Source of the DNA: Candidatus Latescibacterota bacterium
GTDB taxonomy: Bacteria; Latescibacterota; UBA2968; UBA8231
Length of the DNA: 64,000 nt
NCBI GenBank assembly: GCA_965204725.1
Contig: OZ242005.1
Location: forward strand, 3,040,001-3,104,000
Direction: 5' to 3'
Positions 19,362 through 27,529 of this stretch are shown here, one piece after another. A program made the translations under genes and the position numbers. The notes under the pieces were generated by a model. That model was not told where the DNA came from. It saw only the letters and a program-made list of their open reading frames with translations, and made no database searches. How positions within the stretch are numbered: the first letter of the stretch is position 1; each line of letters opens with the position of its first letter.

Positions 19362-20370
19362 TGGGCGAGTCTCCTTCTTGGGTGTACATAAAACAACGGG
19401 CGCGATGGTGCGGCCCCATCTCTGCGGCCGCGGGCATGTGCTGCTCGCAGATGGGCCCGACCTTTTTCGCGCAGCGGGTGTGGAAAGGACACCCTTCGGG
19501 CAGGGCGTATGCGCTAGGAACGCTGCCCTCAATCGGCTCGACGCGCCGGCGTGTGCCCGTCAGGCTGGGGATGGATTGCAACAGGGCCGCCGTATAAGGG
19601 TGCGCCGGGCGGTCGAAAATTGCGGCTACCGGCCCCTCTTCGACGATCCGCCCCATGTACATCACATAGACGTATTCGACCGTGTGCGCGATCACGCCCA
19701 GATCGTGGGTAATCAGCATGAGTGCCAGCCCCAACTCGCGCTGGAGCCGCTGGATCAGCTTGAGCACCCGCGCCTGCACGGTCACGTCGAGGGCCGTAGT
19801 CGGCTCGTCGGCGATCAACAGCCGCGGATTGCTCGCCAGCGCCATGGCGATCATCGCCCGCTGGCGCATCCCGCCCGAAAGCTGGAAGGGATAGTCGGCG
19901 GCGCGGTCCTGCGGATCGGGGATGCCGACCAAGTGCAACAGCTCCACGACCCGCTGCTGCGTTGCTTCTGGGGATAGCTCGTCGTGGAGTTGGATCATCT
20001 CGGCGATTTGGTTGCCAATCGTGTGAACCGGCGAGAACGCAGTCATAGGCTCTTGGAAGATCATGGAAATGTCGCCGCCGCGGATCTGATGCATTTCGTC
20101 GCTGTGCGCGGCGAGCGCGGCGAGGTCCAGCTCGCGCTCGTCCAGCTTGCGGCGGTAGCGGATATGGCCGCTGGTAATCTCGGCTGCGGGCGGCAAAATC
20201 CGCAGCAGGGCGTTGGACGTCATGGTCTTACCGCACCCGCTTTCGCCGACGATGCCCACGGCTTGGCCGGTGTTGATGCGGAAGCTAACGCCGTTGAGCG
20301 GCCGCACCACGCCCTCGTCGCGGGTGATGCGGACGCTTAGGTCGTGGACGTCGAGGAGGGGAGGGGTCAT
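19354..20370 (-). CDS. Oligopeptide/dipeptide ABC transporter ATP-binding subunit (OppD/DppD-like)
   Basis: [29 protein letters not shown]...GCPFHTRC. Confidence 0.93.
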   Translation of the reverse strand: MTPPLLDVHDLSVRITRDEGVVRPLNGVSFRINTGQAVGIVGESGCGKTMTSNALLRILPPAAEITSGHIRYRRKLDERELDLAALAAHSDEMHQIRGGDISMIFQEPMTAFSPVHTIGNQIAEMIQLHDELSPEATQQRVVELLHLVGIPDPQDRAADYPFQLSGGMRQRAMIAMALASNPRLLIADEPTTALDVTVQARVLKLIQRLQRELGLALMLITHDLGVIAHTVEYVYVMYMGRIVEEGPVAAIFDRPAHPYTAALLQSIPSLTGTRRRVEPIEGSVPSAYALPEGCPFHTRCAKKVGPICEQHMPAAAEMGPHHRARCFMYTQEGDSPNA

Positions 20371-20465
20371 AAGCAGCTAAGCGGTTTCAAATGTATCGCA
20401 TCTGCAACAAATTAACCATGAATAGCGTATTTGACAAAATTCCCTAAAAATGTGAATTTGTGTAG

Positions 20466-21296
20466 ATGGAATATACTTCTTCCTCGGAGCAGCCCATCGG
20501 CCGACGAAGGCTCGCAGCCGTAATACGGGCCGCCAACGATATTATCAAAATTGACGATGTCGCGGCCACGCTTGCCATCGGCCGGCTCGCAGCCGCCAAG
20601 CTCCTCTCCCGATGGGCAGGCCAAGGCTGGTTGCGCCGCGTCGGTCGAGGCTCCTATATCCCCGTGCCTATGGACTCACTCGACAGCCAACATGTACTCG
20701 AAGATCCTTGGGTGCTTGTTCCCGCCCTTTTCACTCCGGCCTATATCGGGGGCTGGACAGCCGCTGAGCACTGGGACCTTACCGAGCAGTTGTTCCGCGA
20801 CATCATCATCCTGACGGCGCAGACCGTACGCGAAAAGCGTCAGGTCCGCCACGGAGCGCACTTTGCGCTGTACCACGTTCAAGAACGCAAAATTTTCGGC
20901 ACGAAGCCCGTTTGGCGCGGCCGTTCCAAAGTGCTGCTGTCGGATGTTCACCGGACCGTGATCGACATGCTGGACAATCCCTCCTTGGGAGGCGGAATTC
21001 AACACGTGTCCGATTGCTTGGATGCGTACCTGAAACGCCCCGATCGCAGCGATGATACGCTCACGGCCTACGCCGAGAGGCTTGGCAACGGAGCCGTATT
21101 CAAGCGCCTCGGCTTTTTGGCCGACCAACATTCCGACGCTGCCCATATCGCCGATGTCTGCCGAGCGCGTCTGACAGCAGGTAACGCTAAGCTCGATACC
21201 ACCCTCAGATGCTCCCGTCTGATTTCCAAATGGTGCCTCTGGGTCCCGTCAATTCCTGCAAAAGAACGTCACCCCTTGCCCCGACACGGGGCGTGA
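20466..21296 (+). CDS. Type IV toxin-antitoxin AbiEi-family antitoxin / transcriptional regulator (no toxin adjacent)
   Basis: N-terminal wHTH 'LSRWAGQGWLRRVGRGSY', 'YIGGWTAAEHWDLTEQ', 'SDVHRTVIDMLDNP..GGG', 'VFKRLGFL', 'WCLWVP'. Confidence 0.85.
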   Translation: MEYTSSSEQPIGRRRLAAVIRAANDIIKIDDVAATLAIGRLAAAKLLSRWAGQGWLRRVGRGSYIPVPMDSLDSQHVLEDPWVLVPALFTPAYIGGWTAAEHWDLTEQLFRDIIILTAQTVREKRQVRHGAHFALYHVQERKIFGTKPVWRGRSKVLLSDVHRTVIDMLDNPSLGGGIQHVSDCLDAYLKRPDRSDDTLTAYAERLGNGAVFKRLGFLADQHSDAAHIADVCRARLTAGNAKLDTTLRCSRLISKWCLWVPSIPAKERHPLPRHGA

Positions 21297-21310
21297 ATCG
21301 CACTGCGACT

Positions 21311-22270
21311 ATGGAACGCCTACGCAGGATCATGCGGCATAACGACGCTGGGATCGCCTTGTCGGCGGGGTTGCTGTTTGTGGGATGTGCGCTCAGTTCG
21401 GAGAGCTTTTTGTCCGCGTACAACCTCTTCAATATCTCGCGGATCGTCGCGTTCTCCGTGTTGGTGGCGCTGGCTCAGGCCGTGGTGCTGGTCGCCGGGG
21501 GGATGAACCTATCCGTCGGGGCCATCGGCGGCTTGGCGACCATTGCCACCGGGTACTGCATTCAGGTGTTGGGGCTGCCGGGGTGGTTGGCGGCGTTGGT
21601 GGCATTGGGCATCGGAGGCGCGGCCGGGTGGGTCAATGGGGTCATCATCACGCGGCTGCAGATCAATTCCTTTATCGCCACGCTGGCGACGCTTTTTGTC
21701 TTTACGGGCCTAGTGCATGGGTTTTCCGAAGGCTACGCCTATACGGACATACCGCGGGCGTTCACGTTTTTGGGACGGCAGAAGTTTTTGGGGCTGTCGA
21801 ATTTGTTCTGGACGATGGGGCTGGTGCTGCTGGCGACGCACTACGCATTCCGGCACACGGTGTTTGGGCGGCGGCTGTTGGCGACCGGGGGGAACCAAGA
21901 AGCGGCTAGGCTGGCCGGGATCCATACCGAGCGGATGATCCTGCTGTCGCACGTGCTGTCGGGCGGAGTGGGTGCGCTGGCCGCGGTGTTGTGGGTGTCG
22001 CGGATGGGCTCGGCGCAACCGGCGACGGGCAAGGACTGGCTCATAACCAGCTTTGCGGTGGCCATTGTCGGGGGAACCGGGCTGTCGGGCGGGCGCATCT
22101 CAGCACTGGGCCTGCTGCTGGGAGCGGTCATCATCGTCCTCATCAAGAATGGCTTGGTGATGCTGGAGGCCAACGTCTATTACGAGCAGGCGTTTTTGGG
22201 GTCGATCATCTTGTTGGCCGTAGTAGTGAGCCGGGTGCGGGATTTGTATGGCGGGCGAGGCGGGGGGTAA
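21311..22270 (+). CDS. Sugar ABC transporter permease (RbsC-like, BPD_transp_2)
   Basis: Multi-TM; 'GGMNLSVGA', 'SFIATLAT', 'FGRRLLATGGNQEAARLAGI', 'AIVGGTGLSGG'. Confidence 0.9.
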   Translation: MERLRRIMRHNDAGIALSAGLLFVGCALSSESFLSAYNLFNISRIVAFSVLVALAQAVVLVAGGMNLSVGAIGGLATIATGYCIQVLGLPGWLAALVALGIGGAAGWVNGVIITRLQINSFIATLATLFVFTGLVHGFSEGYAYTDIPRAFTFLGRQKFLGLSNLFWTMGLVLLATHYAFRHTVFGRRLLATGGNQEAARLAGIHTERMILLSHVLSGGVGALAAVLWVSRMGSAQPATGKDWLITSFAVAIVGGTGLSGGRISALGLLLGAVIIVLIKNGLVMLEANVYYEQAFLGSIILLAVVVSRVRDLYGGRGGG

Positions 22271-22318
22271 GGTCGGTAGTCTGGTGCAATCTCAGCGACG
22301 GCCGGCATTGACGCGGAC

Positions 22319-22455
22319 CTTACTACACGACACCAGCGGCCAACCTGCCAAGGATCGAGGGCATCTTGCCCTCGTCAAGGGCGGGACGCCCTCGATCCCG
22401 GACACAGCGGCAACACCAAAAAAGGCGGACTCAAAGCAAATGTCGCGTACTTAAG
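22319..22455. mobile_element. MITE copy 1 (137 bp) with 9-bp target-site duplication
   Basis: Ends CTTACTACACG...GTACTTAAG; flanked by GACGCGGAC at 22310-22318 and 22456-22464; 47-bp palindromic core 22352-22398 shared with the copy at 47662. Confidence 0.8.
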
Positions 22456-22514
22456 GACGCGGACTCTCTTCGCAATCGGCGCGTGGAACACTTTGGAGAC
22501 ACAAGGAGGAAGCC

Positions 22515-23435
22515 GTGAAGGTTCTCGTTACTGGTGCCGCGGGTTTTATAGGGTATCACCTGTCGCGCCGCCTGCTGGAAACCGGCCATGACGTGGTTGC
22601 CATAGACAAGGTCCACTCGAACGAAAGGCTGGACATCTTGGTGCAGTACGAGAATTTCGAGTTTCGGCATGGCAGCATCGCCGACGTTTCCTTCTCTCAG
22701 GAGGTCGGAGAGGTTGATTACATCGTTCACCTAGCCGCTTTGGCAGATGTTCGGAAATCGATTGGGCGTCCATATATCCAAGTACAACAGGACGTCCTTG
22801 GACATATCAATCTGCTTGAATACGCAAAAACGTTGGCAGGGCTGAAGCGGATGGTCTTCACCAGTTCTAGTTTAGTGTACGGGGTCGGCGGCGGGTTTTC
22901 CGAGACATCCCCTACCATGCCGATTTCGCCTTATGGGGTGTCCAAACTAAACAACGAAAACATGAACACCTGTTACAGTCACCTATACGGCTTCCCGATC
23001 ACCAGCCTCCGGCTCTTCACGGTGTACGGCACATATAGCAGGGCTGATATGGCGACTTGGAGATTTACTGAGAACATCTCCTTGGGCAGGCCGATCACCC
23101 TATTTAATAACGGGTTGAACAAAATAGACTTCGTCTATGTCAGCGACGTCGTGGAGGCCATACTGCGGGCCATGTTCGACTCGAAATCGACCGGACACGA
23201 CGTTTACAATGTCGGCACGGGCACCAGCGTTTCGGTCTTAGAGGTAGTGCGTATTATTGAAGATATACTCGGCAAAACTGCAACGCTGGAGACTACACCA
23301 GCACAACCCGGGGATGTCGCGGTAACTTGTGCGGATATTACAAAGATCAAACGGGATTTGGGCTATGCCCCAAAGATCGATGTCACCAACGGCCTGCGGA
23401 TGTTTTCCGACTGGTTGATTGACAGGTTGAATTGA
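22515..23435 (+). CDS. NAD-dependent epimerase (UDP-glucuronate 4-epimerase-like)
   Basis: TGAAGFIG, HLAA, SSSLVYG, YGVSK, LRLFTVYG, QPGDV; visibly more AT-rich than neighbours. Confidence 0.9.
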   Translation: MKVLVTGAAGFIGYHLSRRLLETGHDVVAIDKVHSNERLDILVQYENFEFRHGSIADVSFSQEVGEVDYIVHLAALADVRKSIGRPYIQVQQDVLGHINLLEYAKTLAGLKRMVFTSSSLVYGVGGGFSETSPTMPISPYGVSKLNNENMNTCYSHLYGFPITSLRLFTVYGTYSRADMATWRFTENISLGRPITLFNNGLNKIDFVYVSDVVEAILRAMFDSKSTGHDVYNVGTGTSVSVLEVVRIIEDILGKTATLETTPAQPGDVAVTCADITKIKRDLGYAPKIDVTNGLRMFSDWLIDRLN

Positions 23436-23486
23436 CGAAGGAGAGCTTGCTATCGTGCCCACGCGGTCCTGTATGCTGCACAGCCA

Positions 23487-26327
23487 CTACTCCTCGCCCA
23501 ATTCCCCCGCTTCCTCTGGATAAAGCACGACCCGCACGTAGCGGTCCATGTTGAAATAGTTCTGCGCAGCCTGCTGCACCGCCTCCGCCGTTAGTGAATC
23601 GACCAATGCTGGGTACTGAATCAGCCGCCGCGGATCGACCCCGTTGAAGTCGAGCGACGCCAGAGACCCGACCCAGAAGCTGTTTTCCTTGAGATCGATT
23701 TCGCGCTGACGCTGGCGCATTTCCTTGACCTTGTCGATGTAGAGATCGGTGGTGCCGACAGTTTTTAAGCTGTCGATCTGCTCAAAGATCACCTGCGTCA
23801 ACTCCTCGACGCGCTCGGGATCGCTGCCAAAGGTGATGGAGATGCGGTATTCCTCGTCCGGGTAGCGGGCGCTGCTGCTGCTGATCCATACCCCATAGGT
23901 GCCGCCCAAGTCCTCGCGCAATACCTCGCGCAGCTTGATTTGCAACACCGAGGTCATGGCCCTGAGTCCGAGGTTGTTTTTCCAGCCGTCGTATTCAAAG
24001 GGGCCGGTGAAAATCAGCCGCGATTGGCTCTTGGGTTCGATGCCGCGATAGACTGCTTTGTCGATCACGCCCGCCGGGGCCTCAATGCCGACATCGCGCC
24101 AAGCCTCCTCCCGCTCGGTGGCCGGCAGGCCGCCCAAGTAGGTACACACCAGCGGCTCCATGGCTTCAAGGGTGAAGTTGCCGACGAAGAAAAACGAGAA
24201 GTCGCCGGCGTCGGCAAAGCGGTCTTGGTACACGGCCATGGACGCGGCCAAGTCCATCTCGTCGAGCAACTCCAGCGACCAAGGGCGCGCCCGGTGGTGA
24301 TACTGCGCCATAGTGACCGCAATGGTATCGCTGAAGGCGGTCTCTGGGCGCGCACTGCGGTTTTGGATGGAGCCTTTCATGCGCGTCTGGTAGGCTTGGA
24401 AGGCCGTGCTGTCCGGCCGCGGCGCGGTGAAGAAGGCGTAGATCAGCTCGAACAGGGTTTGGACATCTTCGGGCGAGGCCGATCCTGAAAGGCCCTCCCG
24501 CAAGTTGCTGATCCACGGCGCGACCCGCACCACTTTGCCAGCCAGTTTCTTCTCTAGTTCGATCTTGTCAAACGGCCCCACGCCGCCTTCGCTCACCACC
24601 GAGGCCGCTGTCGAGGCCGCCACGTAGTCGGCGTCGGGTACCAGCGAGTGCCCGCCGGGGCTATAGGCCCTAAAGAGGATCTCGTCGTTTTTGAAGTCCG
24701 TTGGCTTCAGGCACACTCGGATGCCGTTGGCGAGGGTCCACCAAGTCACGCCGATCTCGGGGATTTGGTTGCGGGCGACGATTGCGGCTGGGGCCGGCAC
24801 CTGCGCCACGAGCGGCTCGTCGGACACCTCGTCCGCGTACGGCGCGATCTCTTGCTGAGCCACCGCCGCGAAGATCGCCCGCAGATCGCGCTCGTTGGGC
24901 ACGGCAATGCCCTCTTGCTCAGGGGCCTCCACGGCGATCACCCGGTTTTTTTCGCTCGTCCACTCGCTAGCCAGCGCGTTGACCTCGGCCAGCGCGATGC
25001 CGGGCAGCAGGTCTTGGTAGAGCTGGTACTCTTTGGCAATGCCGGGAATGGCCTCGTCGGTCAGCAGGTGGCGCACGTATTCGGCGGCAAAACGGCTCGA
25101 CTGCTGCTTGTCGCGCTCGCGGTAGGACTGCTCCATGCCGCGCAGCATTTCCTTTTTCTCGCGCTCCAGTTCAGAGGCGGTGAAGCCAAACTCCCGCACC
25201 CGCGCGGCTTCGAGCAGCAAGGCTTCAAGCCCAGCGTCGAAACCGTTGTTTTGCACACCCGCGCCGAGGATAAAAAACTCCTTGGAGCGCAACCAGCGCC
25301 CTTGCCCGGAATAGGCCCCCAAAAAGGGCGGCTCGGGTCGCTTGGTTAGCTCGTGCAGGCGCTGGTTGAACATCTGGTGATAGAGGGCCTCGATCAGCGA
25401 GCGGCGGTACGCGCTCACCGTCCCTTGGGGCCGCACATCCATCTTGTAGTAGATGCTGACGCTGTTGTACGTGGCCTCTGGGTCAGTGGCAATGGCGAAG
25501 AGCGTCTCCTCGTGGTCGGGCACGGGGAACACGGTGCGGTCGCGGGGGCTTGCGGCCGCGGGGATGCGCGCAAAATAGTCCTGCACTAGGGCCTCTAGGG
25601 CCGCCGGATCAAGGTCGCCGACGGCCACAAGACCCATCAGGTCGGGCCGGTACCAAGTGCGGTAAAAGCGGCGCAGGGCCTCGTGCTGAAAGGTGTCGAG
25701 CACGGCTTTCTGGCCGATGGGTAAGCGCGTGGCGTAGCGCGAGTCCTTTAGGAGGATGGGCAATTGCTCGTCGAACATGCGCCGCTGCGCGCCGCGCCCC
25801 AGCCGCCACTCTTCGACGACCACGCCGCGTTCTTTGTCGATCTCCTCGGGCTCAAAGCTGATCTGGTGCGCCCAGTCTTCCAAAATTTGGAAGGCCGTTT
25901 CCACCACTTCGGCACTGTCGGTGGGCACTGTCAGCATGTACACGGTTTCGTCGAAGCTGGTGTAAGCATTCAGGTCCGGCCCAAAGCGCATGCCGATTAG
26001 CTCTAGGTAGTCAACTAGCTCCTGCTTGGCAAAGTTTTTGGTCCCGTTGAAGGCCATGTGCTCGACAAAGTGCGCCAACCCCCGCTGGTCTTCGTCCTCT
26101 AGCACGGATCCGGCATTGACGACCAGCCGCAGCTCGACCCGGTTTTCGGGCTTTTGGTTTTTGCGGATGACGTAGCGCAGACCGTTGTCGAGCTGGCCGA
26201 CGGTCGCAAGTGAATCAATGGGTAGCTCCTCCTCGGTCGCGGCTCGTTGTGCCGGCGTTGGCGTCGTACTGACGCAGGCACCTAGCAGCACTGAAAACGC
26301 GAATAGCAACAGCACAAGTCGTCTCAT
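23487..26327 (-). CDS. M16 family zinc peptidase (PqqL-like), lipoprotein
   Basis: Lipobox LGAC; inverted zinc motif HFVEH; 'NAYTSFDETVY'; second half with 'TLANGIRV' and 'LREDLGGTY'. Confidence 0.93.
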   Translation of the reverse strand: MRRLVLLLFAFSVLLGACVSTTPTPAQRAATEEELPIDSLATVGQLDNGLRYVIRKNQKPENRVELRLVVNAGSVLEDEDQRGLAHFVEHMAFNGTKNFAKQELVDYLELIGMRFGPDLNAYTSFDETVYMLTVPTDSAEVVETAFQILEDWAHQISFEPEEIDKERGVVVEEWRLGRGAQRRMFDEQLPILLKDSRYATRLPIGQKAVLDTFQHEALRRFYRTWYRPDLMGLVAVGDLDPAALEALVQDYFARIPAAASPRDRTVFPVPDHEETLFAIATDPEATYNSVSIYYKMDVRPQGTVSAYRRSLIEALYHQMFNQRLHELTKRPEPPFLGAYSGQGRWLRSKEFFILGAGVQNNGFDAGLEALLLEAARVREFGFTASELEREKKEMLRGMEQSYRERDKQQSSRFAAEYVRHLLTDEAIPGIAKEYQLYQDLLPGIALAEVNALASEWTSEKNRVIAVEAPEQEGIAVPNERDLRAIFAAVAQQEIAPYADEVSDEPLVAQVPAPAAIVARNQIPEIGVTWWTLANGIRVCLKPTDFKNDEILFRAYSPGGHSLVPDADYVAASTAASVVSEGGVGPFDKIELEKKLAGKVVRVAPWISNLREGLSGSASPEDVQTLFELIYAFFTAPRPDSTAFQAYQTRMKGSIQNRSARPETAFSDTIAVTMAQYHHRARPWSLELLDEMDLAASMAVYQDRFADAGDFSFFFVGNFTLEAMEPLVCTYLGGLPATEREEAWRDVGIEAPAGVIDKAVYRGIEPKSQSRLIFTGPFEYDGWKNNLGLRAMTSVLQIKLREVLREDLGGTYGVWISSSSARYPDEEYRISITFGSDPERVEELTQVIFEQIDSLKTVGTTDLYIDKVKEMRQRQREIDLKENSFWVGSLASLDFNGVDPRRLIQYPALVDSLTAEAVQQAAQNYFNMDRYVRVVLYPEEAGELGEE

Positions 26328-26360
26328 TGAGAACTCCTTAATGGGTCGATAGCCGATGTA

Positions 26361-27389
26361 TTAACTCAGGCGCGACCAGTCGAAGACCACGCCGAGGTAC
26401 TCCTCTTTGTTGGCGATAAGGCCATCGTACATTTGCTGGCAGTCGGCCGGGGAGGCTAGGTGGGTGAGCAGCGGCTCGACGACGAGCTGGCCGGCGGCGA
26501 TCCACGCTGCGATCTGGCGGTAATTGGCGTCGAGATCGCGGCTGCGCTCGGTGGCGTGCTGGGGCCAGCGCCATTCGAGGGCGCCGATCATGCGGATCGC
26601 CTCTAGGTGGATGCGCAGCAGCATGGGCGTCGCGTCGAAGTGGGCCGGGGCGCGCGGACTGCCGAGGAGGATGAGCTCGCCGTGGCGGGCCACGCACATC
26701 GCGGTTTGGGCGATGACTTCGCTGATACCAATGGCCTCGACGCCGATGCGAGCACCCGTGCCGCTGGTCCAGTCGCGCACCGCTTCTTCTAGATCGTCGC
26801 GGCTGGGGTTGACGGTGCGCTCAATGCCGCAGGCACGCGCTTGGCGCAGGCGCAGCTCGGACAGATCCGCGAGCATGACGTCGGCCCCGGCCAAGCCGAA
26901 GAGCTGGGCGGCGAAGTTGCCCACGAGGCCGCCGCCGACCACGAGCACGGTGTCGCCGGGCTGGGCGCTGGCCGAGCGCAAGGCCGAGATGCTGACGCCG
27001 GCCATGCGCGCAAACACGAGGTGCTGGCCGGGGGCTTCGCGTGAGACCGGCAGCACCATGCGCCGGGCATCGGCCTTGACGATGGAAGCGTGGCGGGCAA
27101 AGGACAACACGCGGTCGCCCGGTTGGACGCCGGAGACAGCGTCTCCGACCTGTAGCACTTGGCCGAGGTTGCCGTAGCCCGTGTGGCGGGGATACTGACC
27201 GGCGTCGCCGAAGGGCATCTGCTTGACGAGGCCGGTAAAGCCCGCGCCTTCGGTGCCGGCGCTGACGATGGAGTATTCGGTTGCTATGAGTACTTCGTGG
27301 GAGTGCAGGCAGTCGTCGAGGTCGGTTTCTGCAACCTCAATTCGCCCCGGCTCGACGACGGTGAGTTCGCGGGTTCGCACGGCGGTCAA
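26361..27389 (-). CDS. MDR-superfamily (zinc-binding alcohol dehydrogenase-like) oxidoreductase
   Basis: 'SIVSAGTE', GroES-like fold 'GQVLQVGDAV...PGDRV', GGGLVG NAD motif; TTG start with GGAGG RBS. Confidence 0.85.
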   Translation of the reverse strand: MTAVRTRELTVVEPGRIEVAETDLDDCLHSHEVLIATEYSIVSAGTEGAGFTGLVKQMPFGDAGQYPRHTGYGNLGQVLQVGDAVSGVQPGDRVLSFARHASIVKADARRMVLPVSREAPGQHLVFARMAGVSISALRSASAQPGDTVLVVGGGLVGNFAAQLFGLAGADVMLADLSELRLRQARACGIERTVNPSRDDLEEAVRDWTSGTGARIGVEAIGISEVIAQTAMCVARHGELILLGSPRAPAHFDATPMLLRIHLEAIRMIGALEWRWPQHATERSRDLDANYRQIAAWIAAGQLVVEPLLTHLASPADCQQMYDGLIANKEEYLGVVFDWSRLS

Positions 27390-27447
27390 TCCTCCTTAGA
27401 GCAAGTGCGAGAATAAAGGGCCTTTGCGGAAGCAGCGTCAAGCCAGC

Positions 27448-27477
27448 TTGACGAATAACGCCGCCCTTCTCTATCAT
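27448..27477 (+). promoter_or_regulatory. Putative sigma70 promoter for the mltF-HK operon
   Basis: TTGACG, 18-bp spacer, TATCAT. Confidence 0.45.
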
Positions 27478-27529
27478 TCATTACGCCCCCAAAGGTCGTC
27501 GTCCCAATCCACCGCAAGTTTACCGCTAG

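Noticed and set aside
22311-23470. ACGCGGACCT / ACGCGGTCCT as direct repeats flanking the epimerase
   Set aside because: Imperfect, GC-rich, and the left copy is already explained by the MITE duplication and terminus.
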